In this document: positions 10,327 through 23,435 of the stretch, piece after piece | How positions within the stretch are numbered: the stretch's first letter is position 1 | How the letters are laid out: each line of letters begins with the position of its first letter | Assembly (NCBI RefSeq): GCF_001447785.1 | Contig: NW_015167075.1 | Span: forward strand, 656,632-716,760 | Source: Gekko japonicus | Lineage: Eukaryota | Direction: 5' to 3' | Length of the DNA: 60,129 nt | Notes under the pieces: generated by a model | Database searches by the model: none | Seen by the model: only the letters and a program-made list of their open reading frames with translations | Told to the model about the DNA's origin: nothing | Made by a program: the position numbers and the translations under genes

Positions 10327-13300
10327 CCCCTAAAGCATACAGTTCAACAGGAAGTTATCATCTATTTTAAAATATCTTCTGTAACCAAGCCATTCTTTTT
10401 TTTTACTTATTTCATGCAAATATTATGTCTGCCTGTAGTGTAATGAAATTCCATCTGAATATGAAAATACTCTTATAATAACTTGCTATATTCAACTAAT
10501 TTTGTATTGGTTTTGAATAATGTTTTCACAGTTTTCAAACACTTTAAATGTCATGCAAAAATCCCACAGATGTATCAAGAAATCTGCATCTGAATAATTT
10601 TTATAGCTGAATTATTTGATGTGAGAGTGCTTTGAAATAATGAGCCTATTATTGAAACTTATGGTTCAAAGTATTCAGATCATGTTCTTACATAGGGCTT
10701 ATTTTGTCTTTTTATAACTAATAGCAGTTGCTTAATAGCTAATAGTTGGACATTTTAATGGACATTTTCATATGCCATAGTGTGATTTAAGGCTTTATTC
10801 CTTATACAGTTCTACAGAATTGGCAAGTGGTTTCATGCATTGCAAACACATTTTTGGTAGATATACATAAAACAGTTCAAATTACAAAAATGTGAACAAT
10901 GCAAAAATATTTCTTAAGTTACTGGAGTGCAAAAGTCTAGTTCAGATAGCTCTTGCAAAAAACTTAGTGCTTTTCCAGATTGCCTTGGACTGGATAAACT
11001 ATGTTTTTTTTTAAAGGTATAGTATGTTGTGAATGCTCTACCTTTAAAATCCGTAGTTTAAAAATTTCACACAAATACATGATTCCTGCAAATTACAGCC
11101 CAGCAACTGGCATTTCCCCTCCAGGGCAATCTCTGCATCTTTTTAACACAAACGCTCTCAGATGGGCTTGTCTGGAAACACTAAAAGCACTTGGGCTAAG
11201 AACGTTAGCATTAAAAATACAGCAGTGGCTGGAAATGCTGTTGTGTGTCAACCTTTATTTGTCCTTTAAACCAAGAAAAAAGAACAAATGTATGCCTGAA
11301 GGCCAAATGAACAGTGTTTTTACCCTGCTCTCCAACTTCTATGAGATTTATACAATGAATTCTAATGGAAGGTTTGGATGACAAAAATTACAGTGGTGGG
11401 GCCAAGGAAAATATCCATAGGCCTTTTAGCCTCCCTTGTGCCAGCCTTGAACTATCAGATCAGCCTTCTGGACTCAAAAGCAGCACTGTCAATAGGAATA
11501 CATCATCTTTTTTGTGGTGTAGAAGAGCTGTCGGTTGTAATTCCCATTATTCCAAAGCCAGGATTTTCCATTAGCGTAGCCACCTGCTGGGTTTCTCTAC
11601 TCAGGTTTAATGGAGTCTGAATTTGAATTTATCACCATCTGTGGGAAGACAGGAAATGAGAGGAGCATCACTAATTCCTTTCTTCATTTACTAAGCATAA
11701 GCATAATCTTTATAAGGGGACAGTCAGAAGCAGTAGCAATTGGGGAGGGGGAGGGAGCAAGTATTTTAACTGGTATTGACATCCTTGTTTCAGACCAAGA
11801 AAAATGCTGTCTGTTCCTCTGCCAATTCCAGCAACAAAAAGAATGTTTTAATTTCCTATGTATTGTTGTACAAAAACATACCGATATGGGATCTTATTTC
11901 TCTTTTGCTTCCAGGAAGATTTCATAATTTATGTACTTTTATGAAGTAGAGGCTTGGAAGGTGCATAGAATTTAAGCAAGACACAAAGAACAACGCTACA
12001 GGGTAAACCAGAGAAATTTAAAACGGTGTGATTGCACTTTCTAAGCAAGCCAACCATCCCCCCAACTGTGTTGTTGAAGAACTGGGACTATCTTCTGCAG
12101 GAAGTAGGGGGAGAATGCTCACATGCTGTTTCCTACATTTTAAAATTCCAAATATGTATGGATGTATTCAGCAGAACTGAGTAAAAATGTTTATTGTTAT
12201 TTATTTAGTGCTTTTACATTGTTCTGCAAATGGCCACCAAGGGGCACACTGAAGGCCCACTACCTTTTCAGGGACTTTTCCATTGTCCCATGTATATTAT
12301 TAGCAGCAGGTCATGGTAAGAAGTCTAGTCCTTTAACTAAGCAAGAAAGGATACTTAATGATCTATATGGGGGGCATCTAATTTCCCCATTTCCCTTCTG
12401 GTAAGCTCCCTGTAGCCTCTTCTCTTTCCCTGCTTCCTTCCCTCCTTCGCGTACCAGAAAGACTACCTTTATCTGCCCTCCTGTCTTCAAATTTCACTCC
12501 TTCCTTCGGCCTGGCACCCTTTATCCAGGAAAACAATGGCTCAGTCTCATGGTGCCAGCTACCAGGCCAGAATAAGTTGCACAGTGGGAACCTGCAAGGA
12601 CTTGCAAGTGGCTCTTCACTTTCCACTGTATTCACCTCCCTACACTGTTTCCTTCTTCCTGCCTCCTGGTAACCTGTATATCCTTACCTTTCCTGGAAAA
12701 TGCCTTTCCCTCTGCCTTTGCCTTTTACTGACAGAAACCCAGGCTTGAGGGCTGGCAATACTGTCATGGTTGCATAGCAGTGGCCACTAAAGGCATTCAT
12801 TTCTTAAAGATACAGGTGCTTTAAAATGTAATTTTTAAAAAGATTTCAGATTTTTCTGAAAATCTTGGGCTGTTTTCTGGTTTGTAGGAAGCTCTGTCTT
12901 GTCAGTTCATATTTCCAGTCTCTGGATTTAAGTGTCCACAGGTTTGGCCAAACTGAGAGTCAGATATATTGATAACAATTATAACAGTTTATTTTCTTAC
13001 AAGCAATAGCCACTGGGATAGAGAATGAAGATTTTTTTAAAAAAAACATTAAAAGGTATTTCAAGCTTGTACATCATCCTTCTACTTTTATAGAAGGTTG
13101 GCAGGAGTTCAGTCCTTTCTCATGAATTTTCTTTTATATGTATAATACTTGGATTTATAATCATGAGCTTCCAGACTGCTTTTTGGTCATGTGGGTCAAC
13201 CAAAATATCCTGGATAATTAGAGGAAATGTTATTTGTTACAGTGATGCTGCCATTCCAAGGAGAAAGAAAAGCAAACAAATTTTACCAGGAGATTTGACT

Positions 13301-14118
13301 GTGATAGAGGAGCTTTGCATTCTTTATTGTGACAAAACAAAGAGCCTAAGGGATTTTTTTATGGTATATTTCACTGCATGCTTGCTCCATCAAAAGAGAA
13401 AGCAGTTCTGATTGACTATCCATCTCTTTATGTACAGATCTGTTGCAATTTCATATCAACTGTGGAGTGCTTGAGCATAGGGGTGCTGAAGCATCTCCAT
13501 TCTCACACTGAGGTCCTTGTAGCCCCTTCCCCCTCAGGCACTTTTTTCCTACCTAAATTTACTTCTAGTATTGGACCTCTAAGTGACACACTACAGGGAG
13601 TTAAGTAATTGATGTGGTTCAGCTCACCTCTCTCATACTCTCTGACCCTCACCCTTTATTCATGATTGAGGCAGATGCATATTTAAATAGATGAGTCTAT
13701 TATCAGCACCTCAATATCTTTGTGTAGAACTTTATTCAGTTGTTTTGAACCAAGTCTCAAAATGGTGTTGTTAGACTAGGCCACAAAAAACAAAATCAAG
13801 GGAATCTTAATTAGTAGTTAAAAAAAAAGAAAGAAAGCTGATGCAAACTCAATATGTGATAGAGAAGAAGAAAAGTTTCTCCTTGAAAAGAAAGGGTTTA
13901 ATGCAGATCCCAGGACATGTCAAAAGCATTCAGGTTCTGGAACTCATTTTCATCTGCAAGAGGTCCTCACCAACAGACCATCACATAGGGAGCGCCTTCC
14001 CTCTACTGACTTCTAAACAAGGGATCTTGAGAACCAATGATAGAAAGCTCATGTAAATATTACAGTCCCACTGGGAAGGCCACTGGAAAAAGCAGCAGGC
14101 ATGATATTTTGATGTTCT

Positions 14119-14240
14119 TAGGGTTGCCAACCTCCAGATGGGGCCTGGAGAGCTCCTAGAATTGCAACTAATTTCCAGATCATAGAAATCAGTTCCCTGG
14201 AAAAAAACGGCTGTTTTGTAAGTTGAGCTTTATGGCATTA
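14119..14240. mobile_element. hAT MITE left fragment
   Basis: tagggttgccaacctccagatggggcctggag... Confidence 0.55.
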
Positions 14241-14577
14241 CTAGGAGTAAGGCCCACTGTGGGAAGAAATACAATGAGCTCTAGAAGGAAGCTCCAGGTG
14301 AGTGTCCCAACTGAGGCTGGCGGGGTGGCAGAGGGAAGGGGGAAAATAGAGGAAGGCAAACCATGTTTATTTCCTTCTGCTTAGCTGTCTCAAGTCAGTC
14401 TGCTGTCCCAAGTGGGTAGTATGGGAGGACAGCCTCATGGTAACAGGTATGGTTCCCTCCACCTCTGACTTATGTTGATTTAGGGTTATGCAGTAGCAAC
14501 TAAGGTAGAAAAGCACCTCCTCCTATGCCATGTCTTCTAGGTTCCAAGGGTCTGGAAAGCAGCTCCATAGCCAGTTA

Positions 14578-14989
14578 CAGGGTTGCCAACTCTGGTTGGG
14601 AAATAACTGTAGATTTGAGGGGTAGAGCCTGGAGAGGGCAGGGTTTGGGGTGCGGAGGGACCTCAGCAGGGCATAATTCCATAGAGTCCATTGCCCAAAG
14701 CAGCCATTTTCTCCAGAAGAACTGATCTTGGTGATCTCCAAGTGCTGCCTGGAGGCTGGCAGTACTAAGGGGAGGGCCAGACCTGTAGATTTGAGGGGTA
14801 GAGCCTGGAGAGGGCAGGGTTTGGGGTGCGGAGGGACCTCAGCAGTGTATAATGCCATAGAGTCCACTTCCCAAAGCAGCCATAGTAATAGCTGGGAAAT
14901 TTTCTGTAGGGGAAATGAAGTGCTGTGGCTGGGGAACACAGTGATTTCTGGGAGATCTCCAGGCCCCACAGGGAGATTGGCAACTCCAG
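14578..14989. mobile_element. hAT-like MITE with internal duplication
   Basis: cagggttgccaac ... gattggcaactcca; block tgtagatttgaggggtagagcctggagagggcagggtttggggtgcggagggacctcagcag occurs twice (about 14608 and about 14784). Confidence 0.7.
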
Positions 14990-16741
14990 TGACCGTTTAA
15001 GGGAAGATTGGGATATGTATTTTACCTCAGGACACATTCAGTGACTCCCAGCAGCAACAACAAACTGTTTAGTATGTTAGAGGCAAAGGCCAATCAGGCC
15101 GCATATGCAAATGACCTCTGTGTTCTGACTGGCTACTGGGGGGAGAGGAACAGCAAACTGTTTAGAATATTGGAGGTGAGACTCAGGCAACACAGCCAGT
15201 GGATAGGGACAGCTTCTGAGTAAGAGATCAGGGGGTTAACTGATTTGGGAGCGTGTGGAATATTCAGGAGACTCCATGACCAAAACAGAATTATTATATA
15301 GAGAGATACCCGTATGAGGTACCTCCCCTCCAAACCTCCCGGAATTTCCCAATTTGGAGTTGGCAATTCTATTTCTATGAGCAAATATGGACAAGTCTAC
15401 CACAATCAGGGGTCATGTTCTGGGAGTAGTTTGGATAGTTTATTATCCTCAGAAGCAATAACAACATTCTAGAGCTTATTAGATGCAGATGTCTGATGAC
15501 AAATGTGCAATTAAAATTACTTGGATGAGCTCTGTTGGTTTATTTAGTTATATGCAGTTGTTTATGGAAACACCAATAGTTCTGGTGTTTCCACCAATGG
15601 TCTGGTGATGTCAACTGCTGTTGGTTTTGTTTTTTGGGTTTTTTGGTCATCATTACAACATGTACAAGCAGTCATTAAAGTAGCTTTTGCCTTGTCAGAT
15701 CTAGTCATTCCTCCTTTTTCCTGCGCAAGATACTGTGGCTACAGGCTAAAAGGCTGCTAAACCTGAATCAGAGCACACTGTATTAATGATGCCAAAGTAC
15801 TCCTGTGGCCATGTGCAAGGCTGCCTAAGAGACAGGTTGAGCAATTGAAGAGGTTGTGTTCCATTGTGTATCTTCTAATTTGTAGTCACTGAAGTTTTAC
15901 AATGAGGTTTGGTAAAAGGTAATTGAAGAAATACACATGATTTATTCACTGTCCATCAAAGTAAACCAGGTGCCATTTTTGTTCCTCCTACTGGACTGGA
16001 AGATGGCTGAATCATAAATGTCATTGTTTCCCAAATTGCCTATCAACTTAAAACTTTGGTGAACATTCTTGGCATCCAGGGGTCCACTTGTGTTTATCAG
16101 GCCCATAGCTGTGATGGGACAGGATGGGACCATGCTCCCTTTCTCTACATCCATGCCACAAGTCCTGCTGCTGGAAAGACTATTTTTAACAATTATTTTT
16201 GTTTTTTTTTCAGAAAAGTCATGCTTCATGTTGCGCTTTGCTTGCAGCCTGCCTTTTCCTGTTTTTCTTCTCCTTTTCCTGATTGGTGTTCTTAGAACCT
16301 GTGACCTTGCCAGCTGCTGAGCTTAACTAGCCTTAAATCCTTGTCTTTGGAATGGCAAGCAGCCTGCCTGAGAGCCCTGCCAGCTTGGCTTCTCCCTCAG
16401 CCAGAGTTTGATGCTGGACCAGAGAGGAAAGAGGAGCCTCTGTTCCCTGCCAGCAGCAACCGCGACCGCTGAGGAGGAGGAAGGCAGGAGGAGAAGGGCA
16501 CTGTTGCTACCAACACCAGCCACCCTTTCTTCCCAGTTCAGCGAGGCTGAGCCACTTGCCTTTTCCTTTCCCCCTTTCTTCTCATCAGTAAGGAAGTGTT
16601 GCTTTTGCACTTGCTTAAAGCAGGCAGCATGGGGGGGGAAGAACTCACATGGTGGTGAGCACCTGTCTCCTCTGTTTTGAGTTCTGGGTTGGCTTGTTTG
16701 TTTGTCTTTTCTCCCCCCCCCCTTTGTTGTTTGGTCTGCTG

Positions 16742-17159
16742 CAGGGGTCGTTTCGTAGAAAAAGAGCTAGGGTAACTCATTAGCATATGCCACACCCCCT
16801 GACATCACCGGAAGTGTGTCATAAGGCCACACCCCCCGCCCCCAACGGTCCCAGCTGCCGCTGCCGGCCTTGCAGCTCCACTGCTGAGCCCCATGAGGGG
16901 CCTGGCGGTGGACCTGCAAGGCCGGCGGGGGGGCTAAGGAAGCCCCGCAAAGGCCCTCCCTGGCCCCAGGCAGGCAGGGGTGGGGAGAGGCAGGGAGGAA
17001 GCAACTTCCCCTCCCTCTTCTCCTGCCTCCTCCTGGCAGAATGAGGGCCGGAAGCGGGGTGGCCGGAAGCAGGGGGCGGGGCTTTGTCATGTGCCCCGCC
17101 CCCCGTACCTCACCCGGGGGAACTGCGATCCCCTGCGATCCCCCCCGAAATGACCTCTG
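16742..17159. mobile_element. hAT MITE
   Basis: TIRs caggggtcgtttcg / cgaaatgacctctg; perfect 8-bp TSD GTCTGCTG (16734-16741 and 17160-17167). Confidence 0.9.
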
Positions 17160-17636
17160 GTCTGCTGTAAATGCTAATTGCAACCCTCCCATTCCCTGCA
17201 GAAGTTGGCAAGTCTCTCGTGGTACATGGATCGCTATGTGCTCTTAAGGGCTGAGCTGGAGGCTGTTGCTGTGGTGGCCTGACTCTGCTCTCTGATGCAA
17301 ATGCAGAGCCTGGTGCAGGAAGGGGAAGGAGAAGGTCCCCTTGACATCCTCTAAGAGATCCTGCCCTGCCTGCCTCCAGTAATTTAATTTATTAGCTTAT
17401 TTAGTTAGTTTAAATTTCATTAAATTAGCACCCCGTGGTGCCTCCCCCATGAAAAGATCCTGGCTATGGGCCTGGTCTTTATTACATGATAATATGGTAG
17501 TTAACTCTGTTTGACTTGATACCTTACCATATCTTTCAAAGTCTCCTGTGGGTGGGGTAATGTAAGAAAAAAAATCAGTACACCCACCCCCTCCAATTTG
17601 GATACTTACAACAAGAACAACAAAAGTTTTTATTGG

Positions 17637-18355
17637 CAGGGCCAGCCCCAGGTTTTTCCCCCCACTAGGCGAGGATACCTTCTGGCACCCCCTCACTAGG
17701 TCCCCCCCCCGGGGCTGTTCCCCATGCCTGTCCCCCCGCCTCTTCTTTCTGTCTGGGGGGCTGCAAAGAGGGGATGGAGCAAGAAGCCCTTGGGCATGGG
17801 AGGGAGGGGGCCCACATGCAGCCTCCTTTCCTGGAAGAATCCAGGACTCCCTTCCCGCCCAGGAATATTGCTGAAAACTCCCAGACAGGGCCCTTTCCTG
17901 TGCTGCTTGGCACAAGCCAGGGAGTTCAGCAGCCACCTCCGGAGTGCTCACCATTTCTTCCCCGCTGCCGCCAGGCTTGAAAGGAAGACCATCCACAGGG
18001 GGAAGCTTTGGAGATGGGCTGCTCCAGGCGCACTGGAGAAGGGCTTGGGGCGGGCTGTGGGAGGGCCGCAGGCCATGCCCACAGCAAAGGTCTTTTGGTG
18101 AGGGAGGGGCACCGGAGTGGGGGCTCATGGCTGGATGCAAGCCAGCCTCCCCAGCAACACCACCAAGTGGGGGGGTGCTTCTCTGGCTGTGGAGCCCACT
18201 GCTCCCCCGGCTGAGAGGACACGTGTGCAAAGCCAGGCACGAGAGGAGGGGAATCGGGGCTTTTGGCAGGGGCGGGGCAGCACGCCAGGGTGTCCTTACA
18301 TGAGGTAGCACTCCTAGGCAAATGCCTAAATTTTTCTATGGGTGGGTCGTCCCTG
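17637..18355. mobile_element. GC-rich non-autonomous hAT-like element
   Basis: Termini cagggccagccc ... gggtcgtccctg; no matching TSD, possibly composite. Confidence 0.45.
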
Positions 18356-20100
18356 GGATAAGGCCACCAAACTCATTTTAGAAGAGAGAAGACTTTTAAT
18401 CCTTGAACATAGTACTGAAAGATACGCCTGGACTATCTTAACTAATATATAGCACGGTTCATTTTGTCCATTATGTGCATGGGTGGGGATACTCATGGGT
18501 CAATGTGCAATCCATTTTTTGTACCTCTTGTTGAGAAGAGCAGCCAGTGCATATGGCACTCAAGAGCAGACGGGGTGCTGGATACAACACTAGGGAACTA
18601 TGCATAGCCTTCCCAACTCAAGTAATTGCCATGCAGTTATAACAATGTATGCCCAGCCAGGGACCAGAAGAAGAGGTGGAGGGCAAAGGGGCTCTATGTC
18701 CTAGGCGGGGGAATCTCTTCCATTTATTCAGTTCTGTGAGCATAGGTGTGCTGGCTTTGCCATAATCGGTGGGATACTACATTATGTGTCACAAAAGAAA
18801 TACTTTTTAAAAGGGTAAAGCCAAAAAAATTTAGGTAATTGTAGTTTGCCTGTTTTTATGATGTCATACATATGGTAATTTATACCAAGGGTGACAACTT
18901 TATTGGGTCCAGAGCAGTACAAGAAAATCTGTCAGTTCTGGTTAAAGGAATATGGTTATTACCTGAGGTCAAGCAGATGGAGGGCAAACTTCTCTGCTGG
19001 ATTCTGCTGCTCTTTAATTAATGTCCACATTTGTTATGTCAACATGATGTATAGCATTTAGTTTAAAGTTTGGTCCTGCTCTCCAATACAAATGACTATA
19101 TTACTGAGTTTACTATATTCTAATATTACAAAGCTATAACCAATTGATTTTAATGAAGTTCTAGGATGGCCCTTGCAGCGTAATTTTAATTGGCTGATTG
19201 GCAAAATTGTGGAAGTATTACTCTCATGAGTAAAATGTTAACTATTGACAGACAAATTGTTCAAAGGCAAGTTAAAAAAAAAAGGAAGTCAGTGAGAAAG
19301 AGAAGCCGAATTGTACTTCTGCTGAAAGTCATCCTCAGCTATCATAAAGCCATGATAGAGCTCTGGTATACCTCATCTGAACAAAAGGAATACGCCAAAC
19401 CCTGAAGGAAAACTGGGAACAGAGATTTAAAAAAAATTACTTTCCCTTCTACTGAAAGGATATGTTGGAGAGAAATCAACACTTGAACTTTGTTACCCAA
19501 ATGTGGGGGGGGGGAAGGTGGAGGCTGATCTGTGAGCTGTAGGAAATATCTACCCTGCAGACTGACTGCAAAGTCATCACCTCTCACCAGGGAGCCCGGA
19601 ATGCCATGTGGGTCGAAAGTGATTTTTGAACATAGAATTTTTTAACGTTCTCTCCAAACTACAATATCCAAGGTGTTTTTGGAGAAGTCGTGATAAGAAA
19701 ACTGGTATAAATCCAATATACAAGTGTAGCTTAAATGTACTGGGGGACAGAATTACATTTCCTGAAACAACTCCAATTTTGTTTCAACTATTTAAGGGAA
19801 AAGCAGTTCAAATCAGTTGTCATAGCAGATGGCTTTTGAAAGAATCAAGGAAATTCTGAAACTTCAGGACTGTCAGACTAGTTTCCTTTGACTGTAAATC
19901 TATGAAAGTATAATTAATGATGGTATATTTTTTAAAAAAATGTGGATAAACATGCAATGCTGAACAACAACAAAAAAATGGATGAGAAGTTGGCCTGCCT
20001 ATACAAACTCTTTAAGGTTGTTGTATTGTAGTTGATCATTACTTTGCTGATTCTGCAACTAACAACTATGCTATTTTACGCTATGTTATTGCAAACTTAG

Positions 20101-20188
20101 GAGTGCAATACTAAGCAAAATTAAAACCTTCTAAATCTATTGACTTCACTGGGCATAGAAGGGTATAACTCTGTTTAGGATTCCACTG
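20101..20188. repeat. About 90-bp palindromic MITE (Harbinger/Chompy-like)
   Basis: agtgcaatactaagca...tgtttaggattccactg; related copies at 21499 and 41168. Confidence 0.6.
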
Positions 20189-21498
20189 CTGATTTCATGT
20201 TTAATCTTAATCTGTATATGCTGTTTCCATAAGAGAGCTCATTATTTCTCAAAGTCAGTAAGCAGAAACAGCACATTATTTATATTTTGATATATTTATG
20301 TCCTGTCTTGTACCCTCAAACTCATAAGGCATGTATGTATGAATGATCCATCGGGAAAATAATATGCCTTTATTTTTTATTTTTTTAAATCGTAACGATG
20401 GTCATGATTCTGCTTCCTTCTCACAGGTGTGTGGCACCCCCCCTTTTGTAATAAATCTAGAACTGAAATTAAGTTATTACCCAATGTTCAGAGAATTTTA
20501 AATTCTGCATCTGGTATTCATATGACTATTGCTTTATAGACTGGCATTATAGCATCTTGGCAATTTGTCCCCCCCCACCCCATTCAACTGTACACTAGAC
20601 AGAAAATATTCTTTCAAACATCCATTTAATTCAAGTGGATAGACAAATAATTGATTTTTTTTAGGCAATTGATAATGCTGAATTAAGATTTGGTTAAGTG
20701 AAATCACATGCATTGAATTCATGAACATATGCTCGTGCAGTCATTCCATGTGCTATATATTCCCATGATAATTTGTTCATTTGCAGCATTCTATACCTCG
20801 TACGTCTTTGCCAAACACTAAGTATTGTCAAGTTAAGTCACTACCATGTTAAATGTGAACAAAAATCTCAGAATGTTTCCTTTCAAGCCTTCCAAATTAC
20901 TCTTGGGTTCAAAAACATTCTATAGTATTCTGAGAGTTGGTAACTCCATCAATAAACAGCCTGGGGTGTGAAACTGGGATCTGAGATAAGTGCATTATTC
21001 GGACCTGGAGTTAGACGTTCCCAGCTTAAAGAAGAAATCTAAAAGCTTGTGGAACAAAAATTGTTAGGGAAAGAAATCATTGCCTGAAGATATAGGAGGA
21101 ATATAACAGGAAAAGATCAGAGTATGCAAAAAAGGAGTAGAGGATAGAAAAAAATATTATGTGCCTGGGGAGAAATGCTGGACTTCCACAAAGTAAGAGA
21201 ACTATGGAGCAGTATGTTTCACAAATTAACACGTAGGATGTTAAGAAATCCAAATGAAACAACCCTCCCCCAATTATTATAATTTACAAGAAGAACATTA
21301 GTTGTTCAGAGGATAGAACATGACCAATTTCAGATTTTATAAAAAGGCACACATATTTACTCCCCCCTCGTTTTCTTCACTACACCCATACGTAAAACTC
21401 ATTCAGATTTCAGTTTCATCAAACTCTGCTCCTTAGGTGAGGATTAGGTCAAAAGCAGAATTCTACTTTCAGAATTATTTATGGTTTTACCATACTTA

Positions 21499-21587
21499 CA
21501 GTGCAATCCTAAACAGAATTACACACTTCTAAATTCACTGAAGTTCGTTATGTTAGAAGGATGCAACTCTGGCCAGGATTGCATTGC
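21499..21587. repeat. About 90-bp palindromic MITE
   Basis: cagtgcaatcct ... aggattgcattg, with internal ttctaa/ttagaa arms. Confidence 0.6.
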
Positions 21588-21809
21588 TAGTCTTTTAACA
21601 ACTGTGAAGCCGGTTAAGCTGTGCACATATGTGTGTGAGAGAGAAAGAGGAGGCATTTTCTTGGGTAAACTAACTTTTCCAAAAGTGACAAATTACAAGT
21701 TCTGCAACAGGAAAGAATATTGAAACTTTCAACTGCATTTTTACACGCAGTTTGAGGTAGATAACATTTTAGCTTCTAGGGAGAGTTTAGGCCTGATTTA
21801 TTCTAGCTC

Positions 21810-21957
21810 AAATGATTAAACTGAGACTATAGTACTTTGGTCACATCATGAGAAGACAAGACTCACTGGAGAAGACAATAATGCTAGGAAAAATTGAAGG
21901 CAGCAGGAAAAGAAGACCTCACATGAGATGGATTGGTTCAATAAAGAAAGTCACAGC
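21810..21957 (+). mobile_element. RTE-BovB LINE 3' fragment
   Basis: Translates to KLRL*YFGHIMRRQDSLEKTIMLGKIEGSRKR...MRWIGSI, the BovB ORF C-terminus. Confidence 0.85.
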
Positions 21958-21959
21958 TT

Positions 21960-22249
21960 TGCAAGTGGTCATTTCCCTAGAAAACACATTCTTGAGGGCA
22001 CCTTCTTAGGGGGGGGGGTATAACTCAGACCCTGTAAATCCAATCCTCACCAAACTTCGAGAGCAGGTAGAGGAGAGATAGCCAGAGATCCCCTGTGAGT
22101 TTGGGGTCTCCAGCTTGCACGGGAACCACTATACAATGCTATGAACTGGTTGACTTGGCTGCTAAAAGTTTGTGGCAGTTTGTGGTTGGTGAACTGGGCA
22201 CACCATGAACTGAACTGAACCACATTTTCCTGGTTTGTGCCCATCCCTA
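21960..22249. mobile_element. hAT-like element fragment (TAGGGATGGGCAC-type end)
   Basis: Ends gtttgtgcccatcccta and carries repeated gaac/gttc subterminal motifs; related piece at about 39130-39330. Confidence 0.5.
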
Positions 22250-22730
22250 GTCCAGCATGGGCAAAACACCCTTTCCTTATACATAAGCAATAAGGAAGCC
22301 AAACGTATCTGCTACACTACAAGGCTGTCTTACAGTTTATTAATTTTAAGCTGAAATTTGTGATGGAGTACCCAATATATATGTACCAAGACAGCTCAGC
22401 GTTTCTGGTCTTTACCCAAAAGAATGTACTCTTTGATGTGAAGGATTCAAACGCAGTTACTGCCATGTCTTACTGATTTTTTACAGAGGTACACCTTATG
22501 AATAGAAAGAGAAATACTGCATTTCAGTTAGGAGCTAGCTGCTTTTTCTTTTGGAGATATGATGAACTGGGCTTGAAAAGAACAATTTGAATACAGAATA
22601 TTATGAAATAGATAGTAATATGGAAATAATATAGATTGTAATATGTTCATACAGTCTAAATCACTCTGTGCAGAGCTGTATTGATCTTGTGGATCAGCAT
22701 TTTGAGAATTTTGCAACTTTGAGAAATGGT

Positions 22731-23075
22731 AGGGCTGTGGTGGCTCAGAGGTTAAGACGCTGAGCTGCAGACTGGAAGGTCTGTAGTTCAGCAGTTCAAG
22801 ACCCTAGTGCCGCATGATGGAGTGAGCTCCCATCTCTGGCCCCAGCTCCTGCCAACCTAGCAGTTCGAAAGCAAGAAATTGCAAGTAGATAAATAGGTAC
22901 TGCTTTGGTGGGAACGTAACAGCATTCTGTGCAACTTGGCATTTAGTCATGCCGGACACATGACCATGGAGAAGTCTTTGGACAGCACTGGCTCTTCAGC
23001 TTGGAAACGGAGATGAGCACCGCCCCTAGAGTCGGATTCAAATAGCTTTCGAGCAAGGGAAACCTTTACCTTTAA
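22731..23075 (+). mobile_element. Sauria SINE (Squam1)
   Basis: tRNA-like head ggtggctcagaggttaa, body cccagctcctgccaacctagcagttcgaaagc...agtagataaataggtac, tail acctttaccttta. Confidence 0.9.
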
Positions 23076-23435
23076 TGGGCATCAACACTAAATGGCTACC
23101 TTGGGGAAGGGCCAGTCACAAGTGTCTGCCATTGGGGATGTCGATCATAAAAATGGTTGCCATTGGGAGCAGGATCAGCTCTTTGCATTGTTGTTTGGTA
23201 TCAGTTTCTAAAGTTCTCCTACATAGTCACAGGGAGAGACTGCCAAGCCCAGAAACATTAGAAAGTCTGTACCTATGGCCAAGCTAAGTACACAGGCTGT
23301 GACTTAGCTACCCAGGATAAATGCAACACTTTCCTAGTCAGTCAAATGGTAGGGCACAATGTGAATTTCTTATTCTTTTTTCCATTCTGTGGGTTCTCCC
23401 CCAAGGCTCAAAGACCCAGTGTGAGTACCAGGAAG

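Noticed and set aside
15942-16229. 95-aa minus-strand ORF as a possible receptor C-terminus
   Set aside because: No recognisable homology and no partner exons.
17397-18321. 304-aa and overlapping ORFs
   Set aside because: GC-rich non-autonomous transposon sequence; ORFs in many frames, low complexity, no domain.
19342-19410. QGLAYSFCSDEV resembles a class B GPCR TM7 motif
   Set aside because: Too short, spacing is wrong, and no other GPCR exons were seen.
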